A stretch of 63,105 bases of DNA, counting the filler, from Folioceros fuciformis (lineage: Eukaryota): the NCBI GenBank assembly GCA_049999805.1. It is 15 parts of 15 records of this genome, joined end to end, with 100 filler letters (N's around TTAATTAATTAA, not from the genome) between each part and the next. Parts side by side here need not be neighbours in the genome. Positions count along the whole stretch, not along the records: positions 32,707 to 39,796 come from JBNGIO010002013.1; positions 39,897 to 48,252 come from JBNGIO010002014.1; 13 more parts are not named here. The stretch is one strand, 5' to 3'. The translations under genes and the position numbers were made by a program. Below the pieces are notes generated by a model that did not search any database, was not told the origin of the DNA, and saw only the letters and a program-made list of their open reading frames with translations. Every line of letters begins with the position of its first letter. The first letter of the stretch is position 1. Positions 35,698-47,543 of the stretch are shown in pieces.

Positions 35698-38600
35698 CTA
35701 CCGCATGATCTTCTCAGCCCCAGTTGTTAGAGTAAACAAAGCGGTGCCCTTCACCAGCCAAGCAGTATGCTCCGGTTTGTCTCTCTGGTGTAGAAGTGGC
35801 GTCCTTATGCCATCGTTGAGCTCAGTAAAGTATACGAATGGGAGTCGCAGGCTTAGAAAGCTGTCTGGAGGTAGGATGAGGTCACAACCTACACTGAACT
35901 TCGCAGAAGACTCCTACACAGCAAAGCATTATTGAACATCCAGCTACAAGGAGAGGGAACGCAATATGCACATAACGCCAACATCTTCTCGTATCAAAAG
36001 AGATCAAGACGTTACCCCGAACTCCACAATGGGACAGGAGGCCAGCAAAAGCGGTGAAGGAGGTGTAACCTGTTCAACAAGCCTGTTGGATCAATAGATG
36101 TGCAGCATCCAAGACAAAGCACGCGACAACCGAGTACCGTCAATTCTGCACTTTCAAAGGGACAGTTTTACCAAAAAAATTCGCTGAAGCTGAGAAACTG
36201 TTCCAGCGAAGACCACTCCATCCTTCTTCTGAGGTGCGCGGCCAGCTACTTCACAATGTGGACAGTTCATAAAGATCGGCAAGTTTGTATTTAGCAGCGT
36301 GAGCGCCTCTCCTGATCCTTCCTGGACACTAAAACTCTGCACCTCAGCCAAAGAGCTAAGACCCTTCTCCGCCACAGACCCAGCCGCAACATGGCCCAGA
36401 GAATCAGATGTCCAGTTGGGATGTGCTGCGCTAGATTTTGTTCCCGGCGCGAAAGGTTCTGAGTTAACAGCTTTGCGGTCCTGCTTGATTTGCTTGGAAG
36501 AGCCTGAGTGGTTCTCAGTTTCCTGCTTTACCATGGCTCCAGGTTGCTGCGGAAATGAAGGGCTTAATCTGTCAAGGTGCTCGACTGAGAGGAAGAATCT
36601 ATGCCCAGCAGGGCACTCGTGCTCAAACCCCACATAGACCCGCACACGCTGAGTTACCGTAGCCGTCTGACTGTTGGTTAAAATAAATTTGGGAACCGCC
36701 AGCGGCTCCCGATTAACTTCGTCACCCCTTGCAGCAGGCCGCTCCAGAGCCTTCACCTTTGTCCCTTGAGGGGTGTTCGATTCAAAGACCTTAGGTTCTC
36801 CAGGGGCATGGAAGCTGCTCTCTTTCTTTTCTCTAGCAGATCCCTTGGCAGACTTCACACTAACCACAGACTGACGCTCGTGCTTTTGAGGAAGAGGAGG
36901 AAATGCAGGATCCCCAAAGAAGTTCAATCTCGTGCTGACCTCTGTAGATGCTTTCCTAGTTTCAGGAACAGAAGATACTGCACGCAGAAAACCCATCTTC
37001 GGCTCTTCCGGAGACCCTTTACCAGCACCAGATAGCTTGCTAGTCGGCTTTGTCTCCTCACTGGCTCCGAGCTGTGATTCCACATTCCCTGTCCCTGCCT
37101 GGACCGCAGGATCAGAAGATTTCTTGCTCTCATCGGACAAATTGTCTATCCCAGTTGGGATATTCCTCACAGTTGCGGTGGGAAGAGCTTGCAGTAGAGT
37201 CTCCGCACGTCTTGATGCCTTGGCAAAAACTAAAGGCAGGTCCCATACTGCAAGATGATTTTGATTAGCAATGAAACCGCTTTGAGGGACGCCACTGGAT
37301 GGTTGATAGTATTGTGCACTTCCCAACCGAACAAGACTCCACGCTGCTGCTCCTAGAGGCTTATTATCCTCACTCTCCGGTAAAACAATTGTCGGCAGCA
37401 TGTCTTCACAATTTGGAAACTGGAAAAAGGTCACGTTTGCACTTTCATAATCAAAGGGATCTTTTCGGAGCCTTCTTGACCTACCACAGGCACAAGCATG
37501 AAGGAACACAACTCCACTGGAATGTGATCTCCCAGAATGCTTGTCCTTGCCGGCACCTGCAACCTTCTTGTCATCTTGTTGCTTCCCTTCGATATCAGCT
37601 GCAATCTTAGCCCCTGACCCTTTCACGTCGTCTGGAACTTCATGTACTTGGTGTGTACATGGCCTACCGGTGAGACTTTCTGCATCACAAAGTTGCCTAC
37701 CAGATTTCCATATCGTTTCACACTCCAGCTTTAACTTGTCCATATATATAGGAACTGCAGGTCCTCGTACGGTAGATCGAAACGAGCGCAGAGCTTTCTC
37801 CAAATTGATAGCATGCAGAGAAGTGGGATAGCATGAGGGGAGACCTTTCAAGTACACCTCCCTGGCGGAAGGCATTGCCCTCTTGCACCAAGCCGCTGAA
37901 AACTTGAAATCCAAATGAGTTCCACCTTCAAGACATGCTACAGCAGCTTCCACCGTGCCCTTACTCTGAGCCAAGCCCAAAACACCCCTGCCACTGAGTA
38001 ATAGCCCTGGCGGTCCCTTCCTCAGGATAGCTCGTGACCCTTCCAAGATCCTGGGAGATGCAGGACGTTCAACATCCTCAGTCACTCTGGTCTCACAGCT
38101 TGAGAGCGCCTCTGCGATAAGCCTAGATGCTGCAAGCCAGGTAACCATAGTAGGAAGCTCAGGAGGATTGCATAGAGGTTTTGATACACCACTTGTCCCA
38201 GCAACAGACCCAGCAGCTGCAGAGGCTGCAGCAGCTGCGGCAGCGGCTGCAACCATGCCAACTCCAGCAGAACCTCCAGCTGGGCTGTTTGAAATCCCAC
38301 CTCTACCCCTCAGAATCTCTGCCTGCCGTGAGAGGAATTCTTTCATAATCTGTAAGTCCTCTCCTGCCGGACTACTCTTTCCAACAAGATCGAGCAGAGT
38401 GTCTTCTGGGCCCCATTTACCATCCAACATGTCCTCCAGCGCATCTGTTGCGGCATCCAGGCAATCACCACTGTGGTTAGATGACCGTTCCACAAGAACA
38501 ACTGCCCTGGATGGATCCAGTACAAAAAGTGCGCCTCCGCCTCCACCGCCGGGAAGTGAGGAGACAACACTGCCAGGGCCTCTAGGGCCCATTCCCGATC

Positions 38601-39796
38601 CGACTCCAGACCCAAGAGGACCAGGGTCGCCAGCTGTTGCAACAGTCTTACACTTCTTCAGCAGAAACCGTAATTGAGTTTCAATGGCAGTCTGCGTCTT
38701 CTTCCTAGACCCTGCTTCCACTTTGCTGGGTGACCTGTTGAGAGTGGCAGTCGATGACTTTGTCGTAAATGTTTGCCTTGTGAGGGCCATGGTCGATGGA
38801 GCACCAGAAATTTGTGACAGAGAGCAGGAACTCCCTGATTCAATCGCTTCCTCAGCACGCCCGGCAGAGGATGGTGCCCCATCCGCTGAGTCTCCTATGA
38901 ACACGAAAAGGATGACAGGGGTGCACTGCCCTGGAAATAAAACTGGGGCAGAGCCTGACATGAGCGCAATGATTGAAGTTTGCCGACCAGTTACACCATT
39001 TCTCCCAGAGGAATTGCTAGATGCTAGAGAGACAGGCCTTAGAGGGGAGGGTCTGCCTGTGCTGGGCAGGGGCATCAAACCCGGAAGCACTTGACTTTTT
39101 ACAAAAGGTGCTAAAGAATGCTTAGCAGACTGCAGAATGCGGAAGGTGCGCAAGCATCGAGGGTCAAAATGAGCTCCCTCCTGCACAAATAGTATCACAT
39201 GGCATACCTTCGGGTTGCCAAGGCGAGACTGTGTTAGCCAATCACCAAATAAGGTCTACAAGAACGGGAAAAGGACAAAGACTGCACTCCAATTCAACAG
39301 TGCTAGCCTAGGTGGCCAACAGAAGATACAAAGCACTTGTATACTCCAGCACTTGTTAGCACAACATTGTCCCTGTCATAACAAGTTGAACAAAATCACT
39401 CACGATTCTGCAGCCGTGCCACCACGAGAGCTTCATCATTCAGGGGCAAAGCTCTAGTGGAAGACCTTACAGAGAACATGAAAAGCAGACCACGCAGTCC
39501 TTCCGCTTCCTGCTGCTCCAACGACGACGACGACGACGGCAGTTCCTCCTCGAGCCCACCGTAAGGCCCCTGCTTGGCGCGTTCCGTCAAGAGAGCGTCC
39601 AGCGAGCTCCAACAGAACTGCACATAAAGCACGCCCTTGTCCTCATCACAGTAGTGCTTCAGCCGGCTCTGGAACGACACCCCGGCCTTCCTCCCATCCC
39701 TGTCCTGCTGCTGCACACCCCTCCCTCGCTCCCGAACCCTCCCTTGCCCTGCTTCCCCATCCTTCCTGTCCTCCTGCCCCCCCTTCCTCCTGGGAC
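35698..39796 (-). CDS. SMG8: Nonsense-mediated mRNA decay factor SMG8 (5'-truncated)
   Basis: LRGLLFMFSVCHVILFVQEG..FD, IWKSGRQLCDA.SLTG.PC.HQ.H, HSSG..FLHACACGRSR, VYVGFEHECP.GHRF, QLQRIF.VTP, LRLPFVY. Confidence 0.92.
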
Positions 39797-40358
39797 NNNN
39801 NNNNNNNNNNNNNNNNNNNNNNNNNNNNNNNNNNNNNNNNTTAATTAATTAANNNNNNNNNNNNNNNNNNNNNNNNNNNNNNNNNNNNNNNNNNNNTGGC
39901 CCCCGTCTATTTTATTTTTCATTTTCTTTATGCCTATATTAAGTCTTTATTTATGACTTGATTATATGTTAGATGCTTAAGTTTTTTAAGACTTTTTTCT
40001 TAAGCAGATAACTTTAGTTTTAGTGGGAGCCTATTTAACATTTAGGCCCCATTTTAAAAAGCTAGACTTCACCCCTATATTCATAGTGAGTGGGAGTGAT
40101 GAAATAGGTCTAGATTAGGGCACTATTCATTAGGGCCTCATAACTTAAACATTATTATCTACCTAGGGTTATTTAGGTAGTTAGTAGTTATATTAGTTAC
40201 ATTAGTTACAACAACTTATGGTTGCAACTACTTATGGTTGCAACCATTTATGGTTGTAACCACCCAACTACCCAGCCTATTTAAAGGCTTGTACTTTACT
40301 CATTAATTACTTACATTGTTTCTTCTTCTTCTAATCTAAGAGCTACAGATTCTCATCA

Positions 40359-42706
40359 CGCTCATATCGCCCTATTGCTCTTCTTAATTGCTGAGGCAAG
40401 GCCCTGGAGGGTTTTATGGCTTCATGTCTCTCCTTCTTGGTTGAGAACAATCATGGTCTCCTTCCCTCCGGTCATTTGGGGGGTCGGCCGGGTCGGAGTA
40501 CAAGCGATGCAATAGCTCTCCTTGTTCAGGATATCCGTAGGGCTTGGGGTCAACGACATGTTCTCTCCCTACTCCTCATGGATATCAAAGGTGCATATGA
40601 CTCAGTTAACCATCAGATTCTCTTATCTGTCTTGTGCAAGAAAGGCCTTCCAACTCCGCTGATCCATTGGGTCTTCCACTTTCTGTCTCAGCGGGCGACG
40701 TCACTTTGCCTGGATGGTCACTATGACACTCTTGCTCCCATCAGTTTTGGGTTACCCCAGGGTTCGCCAATCTCGCCTATTCTTTTCCTATTCTTCACTT
40801 CTGATCTCATCACTCAACTTCAAACCATGGGTGGTGGCATTGGCTGGATTGATGACACGGGGGCATATGCCACTGCTCCTTCATGCAAAAAGTCTACAAA
40901 AAAACTTCAGGCTATGCTTCGTGTGGCATCGGAGTGGGCCTCCACTCACCTCGTGGAGTTCGATTCTAACAAGTTTGAACTTATTCATTTTTTCCTGAAG
41001 CGTAAGGAATCAACAAAGGATTGTACTCTTTCATTATCCGATGGTTCCTTTATCACTCCCTCCGAGTGTATTAGGTTTTTGGGCTTTTATTTGGATTCCA
41101 AGTTAACTTGGAACACGCATGTTTATCAGGTTTCGGCTTCCGCAATGCGTACTTTGTCAGCTATAATCTCTCTTGGGAATTCAGTTTGGGGCCTCAATGC
41201 CAAGCTTCTTCGACAATTATTCATTAGTGTTGTCCTGCCCAAGCTTGATTACGGCTGCAATGTCTGGTTCAACGGAGGTCGTACACACATTCAACACCTC
41301 CAACGGGTCCAACGTCTAGCCTGTAGGGCCATTACTGGTGCGTTTTGAACTACCTCCACAGATGCCCTGGAATTTGAAGCTTTTCTTCTGCCCACGGAGT
41401 TGCGCCTCCAACGCCATTCTCTCCGTTCTCTCCTCCGCAACGTCTCCTGCCCTCCCTCTCACCCCATCCATCAAGTCTTTCTTCCTATGCCTAACTACAA
41501 AAAATGCTACCACAACGCTATCCGCAGTCGCCTCACACTCCTTTCCCCTAGTACTTTGTACTCCGCTTTAGGACTGCCCACCTCCACTGCCATTGAGACT
41601 ATTTTTTCTCGACTCGTGCCTCCTTGGGCCTCTCCTCTTTCTTTACCCACAACCATCGTAATTTCACTATCTCCCACTTCTGCTATTGCCTCACATTCTC
41701 TACATCTTTTGACTCCTGATGCCCTTGCCATTTACATTGATGGTTCTCTTCTGGATGGTCATGCTGGGGGCGCGGTTGTTTTCTACTTCAAAGGGGATAT
41801 TGTCCATCAATTATCTTTTGGTTTAGAAACATACTATGGGGTTTATGAGGAAGAACTCCTCTATGTGGTCAAAGCAATTTCATGCCTGCCCACCCTCTTT
41901 GCTTCCATCCCCAGGATTTCATCAGTTACAATTTTCCTTGATAATCAAACAGCTATCATGTCTTGAATGGACACTTCGGCTCGCCCAGCCCAAGCCATAT
42001 CTCTCCAAGCTAGGACATCTCTCCATGCCTTCTCGGTAGCTCATCCGGAGGTTTCCCTTAATCTCCACTGGATTGCGAGCCATCATAATATAGTTGGTAA
42101 TGAGCATGCAGATGTAACCGCTAAGGCTGCCACTCTTCTTCCCATTTCCCGCGAAGACTGGATCCTATCAATGTCTAGAGCTCGCCAGCAAAGTCATGCT
42201 GCAATTCTACAGGAGTGGCGTTTACGGTGGGTTTCCTCAACTAAGGCTTCTGCGCTTAAGAGGGCGGTGCTTGGTGGCCCTTCGGCCTCGGTGCTACAAC
42301 GCCTTGGTCTCCATGACCGTAAGCTCTCATCATTTCTCACCCAGCTTCGGACTGGGCATATGGCTATTGGGGCTTACTTTAGGAGATTCAACATTGCAAA
42401 GGATCTATTTTATCGGAAATGCAGGTCTTCAAAAGAAACTCGTCACCACATCCTTGGCCAGTGTATGGCCACTCGCAACACTTGGATCTAGGTGTTTCAA
42501 GGCTCTTACTACGATATCCGCCAACTTCTTAGTGTTCCCAAACTTAGGGAAAAACTTCTCTCTTACTTCAAGGCGATTGGTGGATTACTTAACTTAGGCT
42601 TATTGACATAGCTATCTAGATTTGCTATTTTATTTGCTTTAATCCTCTTTCTAATCATAGCCTCACTGCGACATACGCCTAATGATAAATAAATAAATAA
42701 ATAAAT
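40359..42706 (+). mobile_element. 5'-truncated non-LTR retrotransposon (Tad1-like): RT, RNase H, Cys/His tail, (TAAA)n end
   Basis: YRPIALLN, GGRPGRST, DIKGAYD, GLPQGSPISP, WIDD; RNase H IYIDGS, DNQ, HW..SH....GNE.AD; TQLRTGH...ET..H....C. In-frame stops at 41348 and 41966. Confidence 0.88.
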
Positions 42707-42778
42707 ATATTATTATGGGCTCCTTGATAGAAGTGTTTTGTTCTTTCCTTGCGAAACCCGTTCCAATACTCGTCCCGT

Positions 42779-42907
42779 CCCGTTCCGTCTGGAACGAAAC
42801 GGTGCCCAATGCTGGTTCCGCTTCTGGCGGCACCGCTTCCCGTTACGTCTGGAACGGAACCGTGCCCAATGCTGGTTCCGCTTCTGCGGCACCCCTTCCC
42901 GTTACGA
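42779..42907. repeat. ~60-bp tandem duplication
   Basis: CCCGTT.CGTCTGGAACG.AAC.GTGCCCAATGCTGGTTCCGCTTCTG... occurs twice. Confidence 0.8.
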
Positions 42908-43233
42908 TTGAACCTGTCGGAATCCTCTGCCATGGGGAGCACCAAAATACCAAGGAAGCCGAATTCGAACCTCTTGAGGTCCAGATGGAAGGTCGATTGC
43001 AATTCAACGATCGGACCAGCACTATACATATGAAACACAGATGAGTCTGCAATATTCATAGCCGTCCATCCGTCCGCACCTTGAGTCCGCGTGACCTCAA
43101 GGCAACAGATGTGGCCGTGGCACTAGCTTAGAGCAGCAGCAGCACAGGAATCGTGGGACGGAACCCCTTCTCGTACCCGGAGGAAAGGCCAACACAGACA
43201 AGAGCAGCTCGTCGTTGAGGTACCAGTCCGAGA

Positions 43234-44523
43234 ATGGCCAGAACGTCGTCGAGACTGTCGCGGTATTCGGAGACCTTAGCGTGGATGAGGGCACAGGCTT
43301 CCTCTGTTGAGCTGCGCAAGACGCAGGGTTGGCATCTGTGGGAGCCGACAAGGGGGAGTGGATTTGTAGGTCCGCGAGCAGTGCCGTTATCACCTCGGGA
43401 ACGGGAGTTGGACTTTCTGTGTTCCTGCATACAGGAAAGTAGGGATGTTCCGGATTTGAACGAAGAGACCAGGATAGATCTGTGCACCAGGCTGAGTAAG
43501 TCGGGGAGGATGGACGGGAGGGCAATGTCACTTCTCGTTTCCGGGCAGAGGTTATCGCAGCTGGTTATTCCAGATTGTTCTAAGATTTCTGCGAGTCACT
43601 TCTGTGCAGCATTCGGAAGGATGTCGACTGCGGCGCTGCGAGTTATACAGCTCGGCCGTTGCGGCCGTGTGTTGTCCGAGGAGTTTGTTAGCTGCGTAAG
43701 ACGGGAGCGGGAGTTTCCTATGTTCCAAAAACTATCTTTGAGTCAAGCGAACGGGCTGACGGACGAGATTCTTGTAGAATTGGTGGCGGCTTTCGAGAAA
43801 TTTACATGCTTTGAGGTGGAGTCTTGTGATACAATCACCGAGTTTGGCATCAACACAGCATTGCAAATCGTAGGAATGCACTTGGAATGTCTGTCCTTGC
43901 GCGGATGTGGTCAGCTGATTTTGAAGAATCTGCTCGTATCCTCGATCACGATGCCTAGACTTAATCGACTCACATTGTCACGCATCAGCGAGGTCGCAGA
44001 TAATGTGTTGCAGGTAGTTCTGGAGTTCTCGGGACAGAACTTGACGGAGCTGTACCTTTCCGAGTGTAAGGCACTGACGGATGTAGCTGTCAACGTGATT
44101 GTCACCCGGTGCCCCGGCCTTAAAGTCTTGAATCTGAGTGGTCTGAGTCGCCTCACAGATGCGTCGATTGAAACTATGGTGAACCACGAAGTACGCTATG
44201 AGAAGCTCTATTTAGACAATGGAGAATTCAGTGACGACGCTTTGGCTTGTCTCATCTCCTGTTTACAAGGCAACCTCAAGTTTCTGTCTTTGCAAGAAGT
44301 AACACAAGTGGGGGACAACACTTTGTACGCCCTTGCCACACACTGTCAGGACTCGCTGGAAGAGCTGCGTCTGTCTTTCGCTCAAAAACTGAGCGACGAA
44401 TACCTTGGTTTTCTTGCAGATTCGTGCCGTCGGCTTACAAAGCTTACCCTGCACGCATGTCGTCAAGTCACAGACATCTTCAGAAACGGCCACTCCAACT
44501 CCCAGCTCCACGTTGAACCGTAG
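43234..44523 (+). CDS. Rad7/rhp7-like leucine-rich-repeat (RNI-like) protein, intronless
   Basis: Cys-containing LRRs (LxxLxLxxCxxLTD) and a C-terminal LGF.ADSC..L..L.L..C.QVTD.F.NGHSN motif typical of plant Rad7-like proteins. Confidence 0.72.
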   Translation: MARTSSRLSRYSETLAWMRAQASSVELRKTQGWHLWEPTRGSGFVGPRAVPLSPRERELDFLCSCIQESRDVPDLNEETRIDLCTRLSKSGRMDGRAMSLLVSGQRLSQLVIPDCSKISASHFCAAFGRMSTAALRVIQLGRCGRVLSEEFVSCVRREREFPMFQKLSLSQANGLTDEILVELVAAFEKFTCFEVESCDTITEFGINTALQIVGMHLECLSLRGCGQLILKNLLVSSITMPRLNRLTLSRISEVADNVLQVVLEFSGQNLTELYLSECKALTDVAVNVIVTRCPGLKVLNLSGLSRLTDASIETMVNHEVRYEKLYLDNGEFSDDALACLISCLQGNLKFLSLQEVTQVGDNTLYALATHCQDSLEELRLSFAQKLSDEYLGFLADSCRRLTKLTLHACRQVTDIFRNGHSNSQLHVEP

Positions 44524-44651
44524 AGCTTCATCGGACGGCCTTAAGTGTAATAACATATAAAACGTCAAATCAAGAGGGCATGTATATGCCCAGCATTTCA
44601 TACGAGCCACTACCTAGATTCTTCGAACCGTAGCTGACTACTTCAGTTTTA

Positions 44652-47543
44652 TCACGATCGACCCTTGCAACTGCAACGACCAGCTGCGAAACGATGTACC
44701 CGATACCCATCCCGAACAACAATGTCTCTCCGTTCAAGCCTCGACATGATCGCCGTGGAACTATGGCAGTCACGGCACATGCGTAGATTCTTCGTTACCA
44801 TCAAAGGTGTCCCACTCGGAGTGTTCAAGAGGCCGAACGCCAGAGCCAGCTTCTCAGCATGCCCACAAAGCGCATCTTCCTTTTCCTCCTCACAAAGTGG
44901 CCTCAACACCAACTTTGTCTGCGGTACGTGGCCTCCTTCCTGCTTCACGCGCTCATTCGTGCTCTCCACCTGAAGAACAATATCCTCTCTCCTTTCTCCT
45001 ACCAGAAATCTGTGCACCTGCTTATTCACCTCAATGGTCGCCACTGCAGGTTTCTTGTTAGCTCCTACTACCATTCTCTGTGTTTCAATCCTGTCTACCT
45101 CGCCCCACCTACCTGCATCTGCGTAGGCATTGGCCATGAGCACATACGCAGATGCCCTTTGAGGGTCCAGCCTAACAATGCGTTCAAAACACCACCTCGC
45201 CCTCTCTAAATCCCCGTGACTTTTGCAGGCACTCAAGAAAGACGTCAAGCCCACCAAATTACTTTGGTTCTCACATGATAACAGCATCTTCTCAGCCTCA
45301 TGTAGTTGGCCTGCACGCCCAAGCAGATCAATCATGCAATTGTAGTGGTCAAGGGTAGGTTCGATGCCGTGCTGTTCAGCCATGGAGTCAAAGTACTTCC
45401 GACCCTCATGGACCAGTCCCTCATGACTGCATGCTACTAAAAGGCAAGTAAAAGTAGTGTCATTAGGCTTAATCCCAGCAAGTAACATCTCTTCAAAACA
45501 AGCCAGTGCCTTGCGACCTTCATCACAAGTACCATACCCTGATATCAGGGCGGTCCATGTCACCACATTCTTTGTGTTCATGCTGTCAAAAACGTGGCGT
45601 GCATCTTTCAGTTCACCACATTTTGCATACATGTCCACAAGGCCAGTGCATAGCACGACATTATCCATCAGTCCTCTTTCGACGATGTGCGAGTGCAGCT
45701 GCCTGCCCACTTGTAAGGCACATGCGCTTCCACAGGCCTTCAGAAGGCAAGCAAAAGTAACGTTGTCAGCCACAGTGAGGCCCGCCTCCTCCATTTGTCC
45801 ATACACAATCAGCGCCTCTTCACCAAGTCCTTGCTGTGCATACCCAGCAATCAGGGCATTCCATGTCACCACATTCTTTGTGGCCAGGCTGTCAAAAACC
45901 TGGCGTGCATCTTCCAGTTCTCCACATTTTGCATACATGTCCACTAGACAGGTGCCTACCACTACGTCATCCAGTAATCCTCTTTCAACAATTAGGGAGT
46001 GCAGCTCCCTGCCCTTCTTTAAGGCACCAGCGCTCCCACAGGCCTTCAAGAGGCCAGTAAAAGTGACGTCGTCAGCCAAAACGAGGCCTGCCTCCTCCAT
46101 TTGTCCATACACAATAAGCGCCTCTTGGCCGAGTCCTTGCTGCGCGTACCCAGATATTAGGACATTCCATGTCACCACGTCCTTTGTGGCTAAGCTGTCA
46201 AAAACCTGGCGTGCATCTTTCAATTCACCACACTTAGCATACATATCCACCAGGCAGTTACCAACCAGCACATTATCTAGCTGCCCTCGTTCGACAATTT
46301 GTGAGTGCAGATGCCTGCCCATCTGCAAGGCGCCGGTGAGTGCACAGGCCTTCAGAAGACAAGCGAAAGTAACATGGTTGGCCAGGATCAGGCCCTCCTG
46401 CTCCATTTGTCCATACACAACAAGTGCCTCATGTCCTAGCCCTTGCTGGGCATACCCAGCGATCAGCGATGTCCATGTCACCACATCCTTTCTGGCCAAG
46501 CTTTCAAAAACCTGGCGTGCATCCTCCAGTTCACCACATTTCGCATACATGTCCACCAGGCAATTTCCGACAAACAAGTCAGGGGGAATGCCACTGTGCA
46601 ACACATCACAGTGCACTGTTCGGCCAGATTCCAGGTCGGCAGCAGATGCGCAAGCTTGAAGGGCAGCTACAAAGACGTGAGCATCCGCCGGCACCCCCGA
46701 CCTGCGCATCTCATGGTACAGCCGTACCGCCTCACTGGGCCTCCCGTGCTTGGCATGGGCAGTTATCACGGAAAACCACATGAAAACATCTGGTTCCTCC
46801 ATCCTGGTGAACACATCCATGGCCTCCTGCAGCCTGCCTCCACATGCATACATGCGCAAGACATGGCTTCCCAGAAACACATTCGACTCGTACCCAAGCC
46901 TAACGATGAGCTCATGAACTCGTCGCCCCACCAACAGATCCTTCTTAGCCGCACACAGTTTCAGAACGTTGTACAACAGAGACCGCGAAACAGCACAATC
47001 TGGCAGCGCCAAGGACTCCAGGGCTCCAACGGCCTCAGAGAGCTTCCCCTGTTGACACAACGTGCGCACGGTTACAGCCGTTACCACGCCCATTCCCGAT
47101 CCTGCACGCCTGCCAGGTTCACGCTCAGGCTCAGGCTCACCTGCAGAGCTCGACGTTGAAGGAGAGCCGTCATGCCCCATCTGCATATCCAAGTAAAAGA
47201 GCTTCTCATCAACCCAAGCTGGCTTGAGCACGCTGTTCAACCAAAGCACCTCCCCGGACCACTTACGCCGGAAGTCAGGCGAACGGGAGCTCTTCTTATC
47301 CCCTCTGTTGTCCCACCACATGGTAGGGTCCAGGAAAAATTGTTGCCACAAGTGCTCCTGCTCCTGGCGACGACCATCGATGGACAAACCCTCCACCCCC
47401 ACAGATCTCCCCGAGGTCCTCACGCTGACACTCCAGCACCTGGATCCTTGGTTGCTTGGCGTGGATTCATTCCCTATAGCGAGGTGCGCGGGAGCCCCAA
47501 TCGGTTGGATCCACAACGGGTCCGGTTGCCACGCTCTGGCCAT
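44652..47543 (-). CDS. PLS-class PPR protein with an N-terminal PDF motif and a C-terminal DYW:KP (GRP-type) domain; candidate organellar U-to-C editing factor
   Basis: About 18 P/L/S motifs plus E1/E2; KKPAVATIEV instead of the PG box; HAEKLA, NLRMCRDCH, terminal CSCKGRS. The true start may lie upstream. Confidence 0.93.
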   Translation of the reverse strand: MARAWQPDPLWIQPIGAPAHLAIGNESTPSNQGSRCWSVSVRTSGRSVGVEGLSIDGRRQEQEHLWQQFFLDPTMWWDNRGDKKSSRSPDFRRKWSGEVLWLNSVLKPAWVDEKLFYLDMQMGHDGSPSTSSSAGEPEPEREPGRRAGSGMGVVTAVTVRTLCQQGKLSEAVGALESLALPDCAVSRSLLYNVLKLCAAKKDLLVGRRVHELIVRLGYESNVFLGSHVLRMYACGGRLQEAMDVFTRMEEPDVFMWFSVITAHAKHGRPSEAVRLYHEMRRSGVPADAHVFVAALQACASAADLESGRTVHCDVLHSGIPPDLFVGNCLVDMYAKCGELEDARQVFESLARKDVVTWTSLIAGYAQQGLGHEALVVYGQMEQEGLILANHVTFACLLKACALTGALQMGRHLHSQIVERGQLDNVLVGNCLVDMYAKCGELKDARQVFDSLATKDVVTWNVLISGYAQQGLGQEALIVYGQMEEAGLVLADDVTFTGLLKACGSAGALKKGRELHSLIVERGLLDDVVVGTCLVDMYAKCGELEDARQVFDSLATKNVVTWNALIAGYAQQGLGEEALIVYGQMEEAGLTVADNVTFACLLKACGSACALQVGRQLHSHIVERGLMDNVVLCTGLVDMYAKCGELKDARHVFDSMNTKNVVTWTALISGYGTCDEGRKALACFEEMLLAGIKPNDTTFTCLLVACSHEGLVHEGRKYFDSMAEQHGIEPTLDHYNCMIDLLGRAGQLHEAEKMLLSCENQSNLVGLTSFLSACKSHGDLERARWCFERIVRLDPQRASAYVLMANAYADAGRWGEVDRIETQRMVVGANKKPAVATIEVNKQVHRFLVGERREDIVLQVESTNERVKQEGGHVPQTKLVLRPLCEEEKEDALCGHAEKLALAFGLLNTPSGTPLMVTKNLRMCRDCHSSTAIMSRLERRDIVVRDGYRVHRFAAGRCSCKGRS

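Noticed and set aside
45457-46659. 400-aa plus-strand ORF
   Set aside because: Antisense shadow of the repetitive PPR gene.
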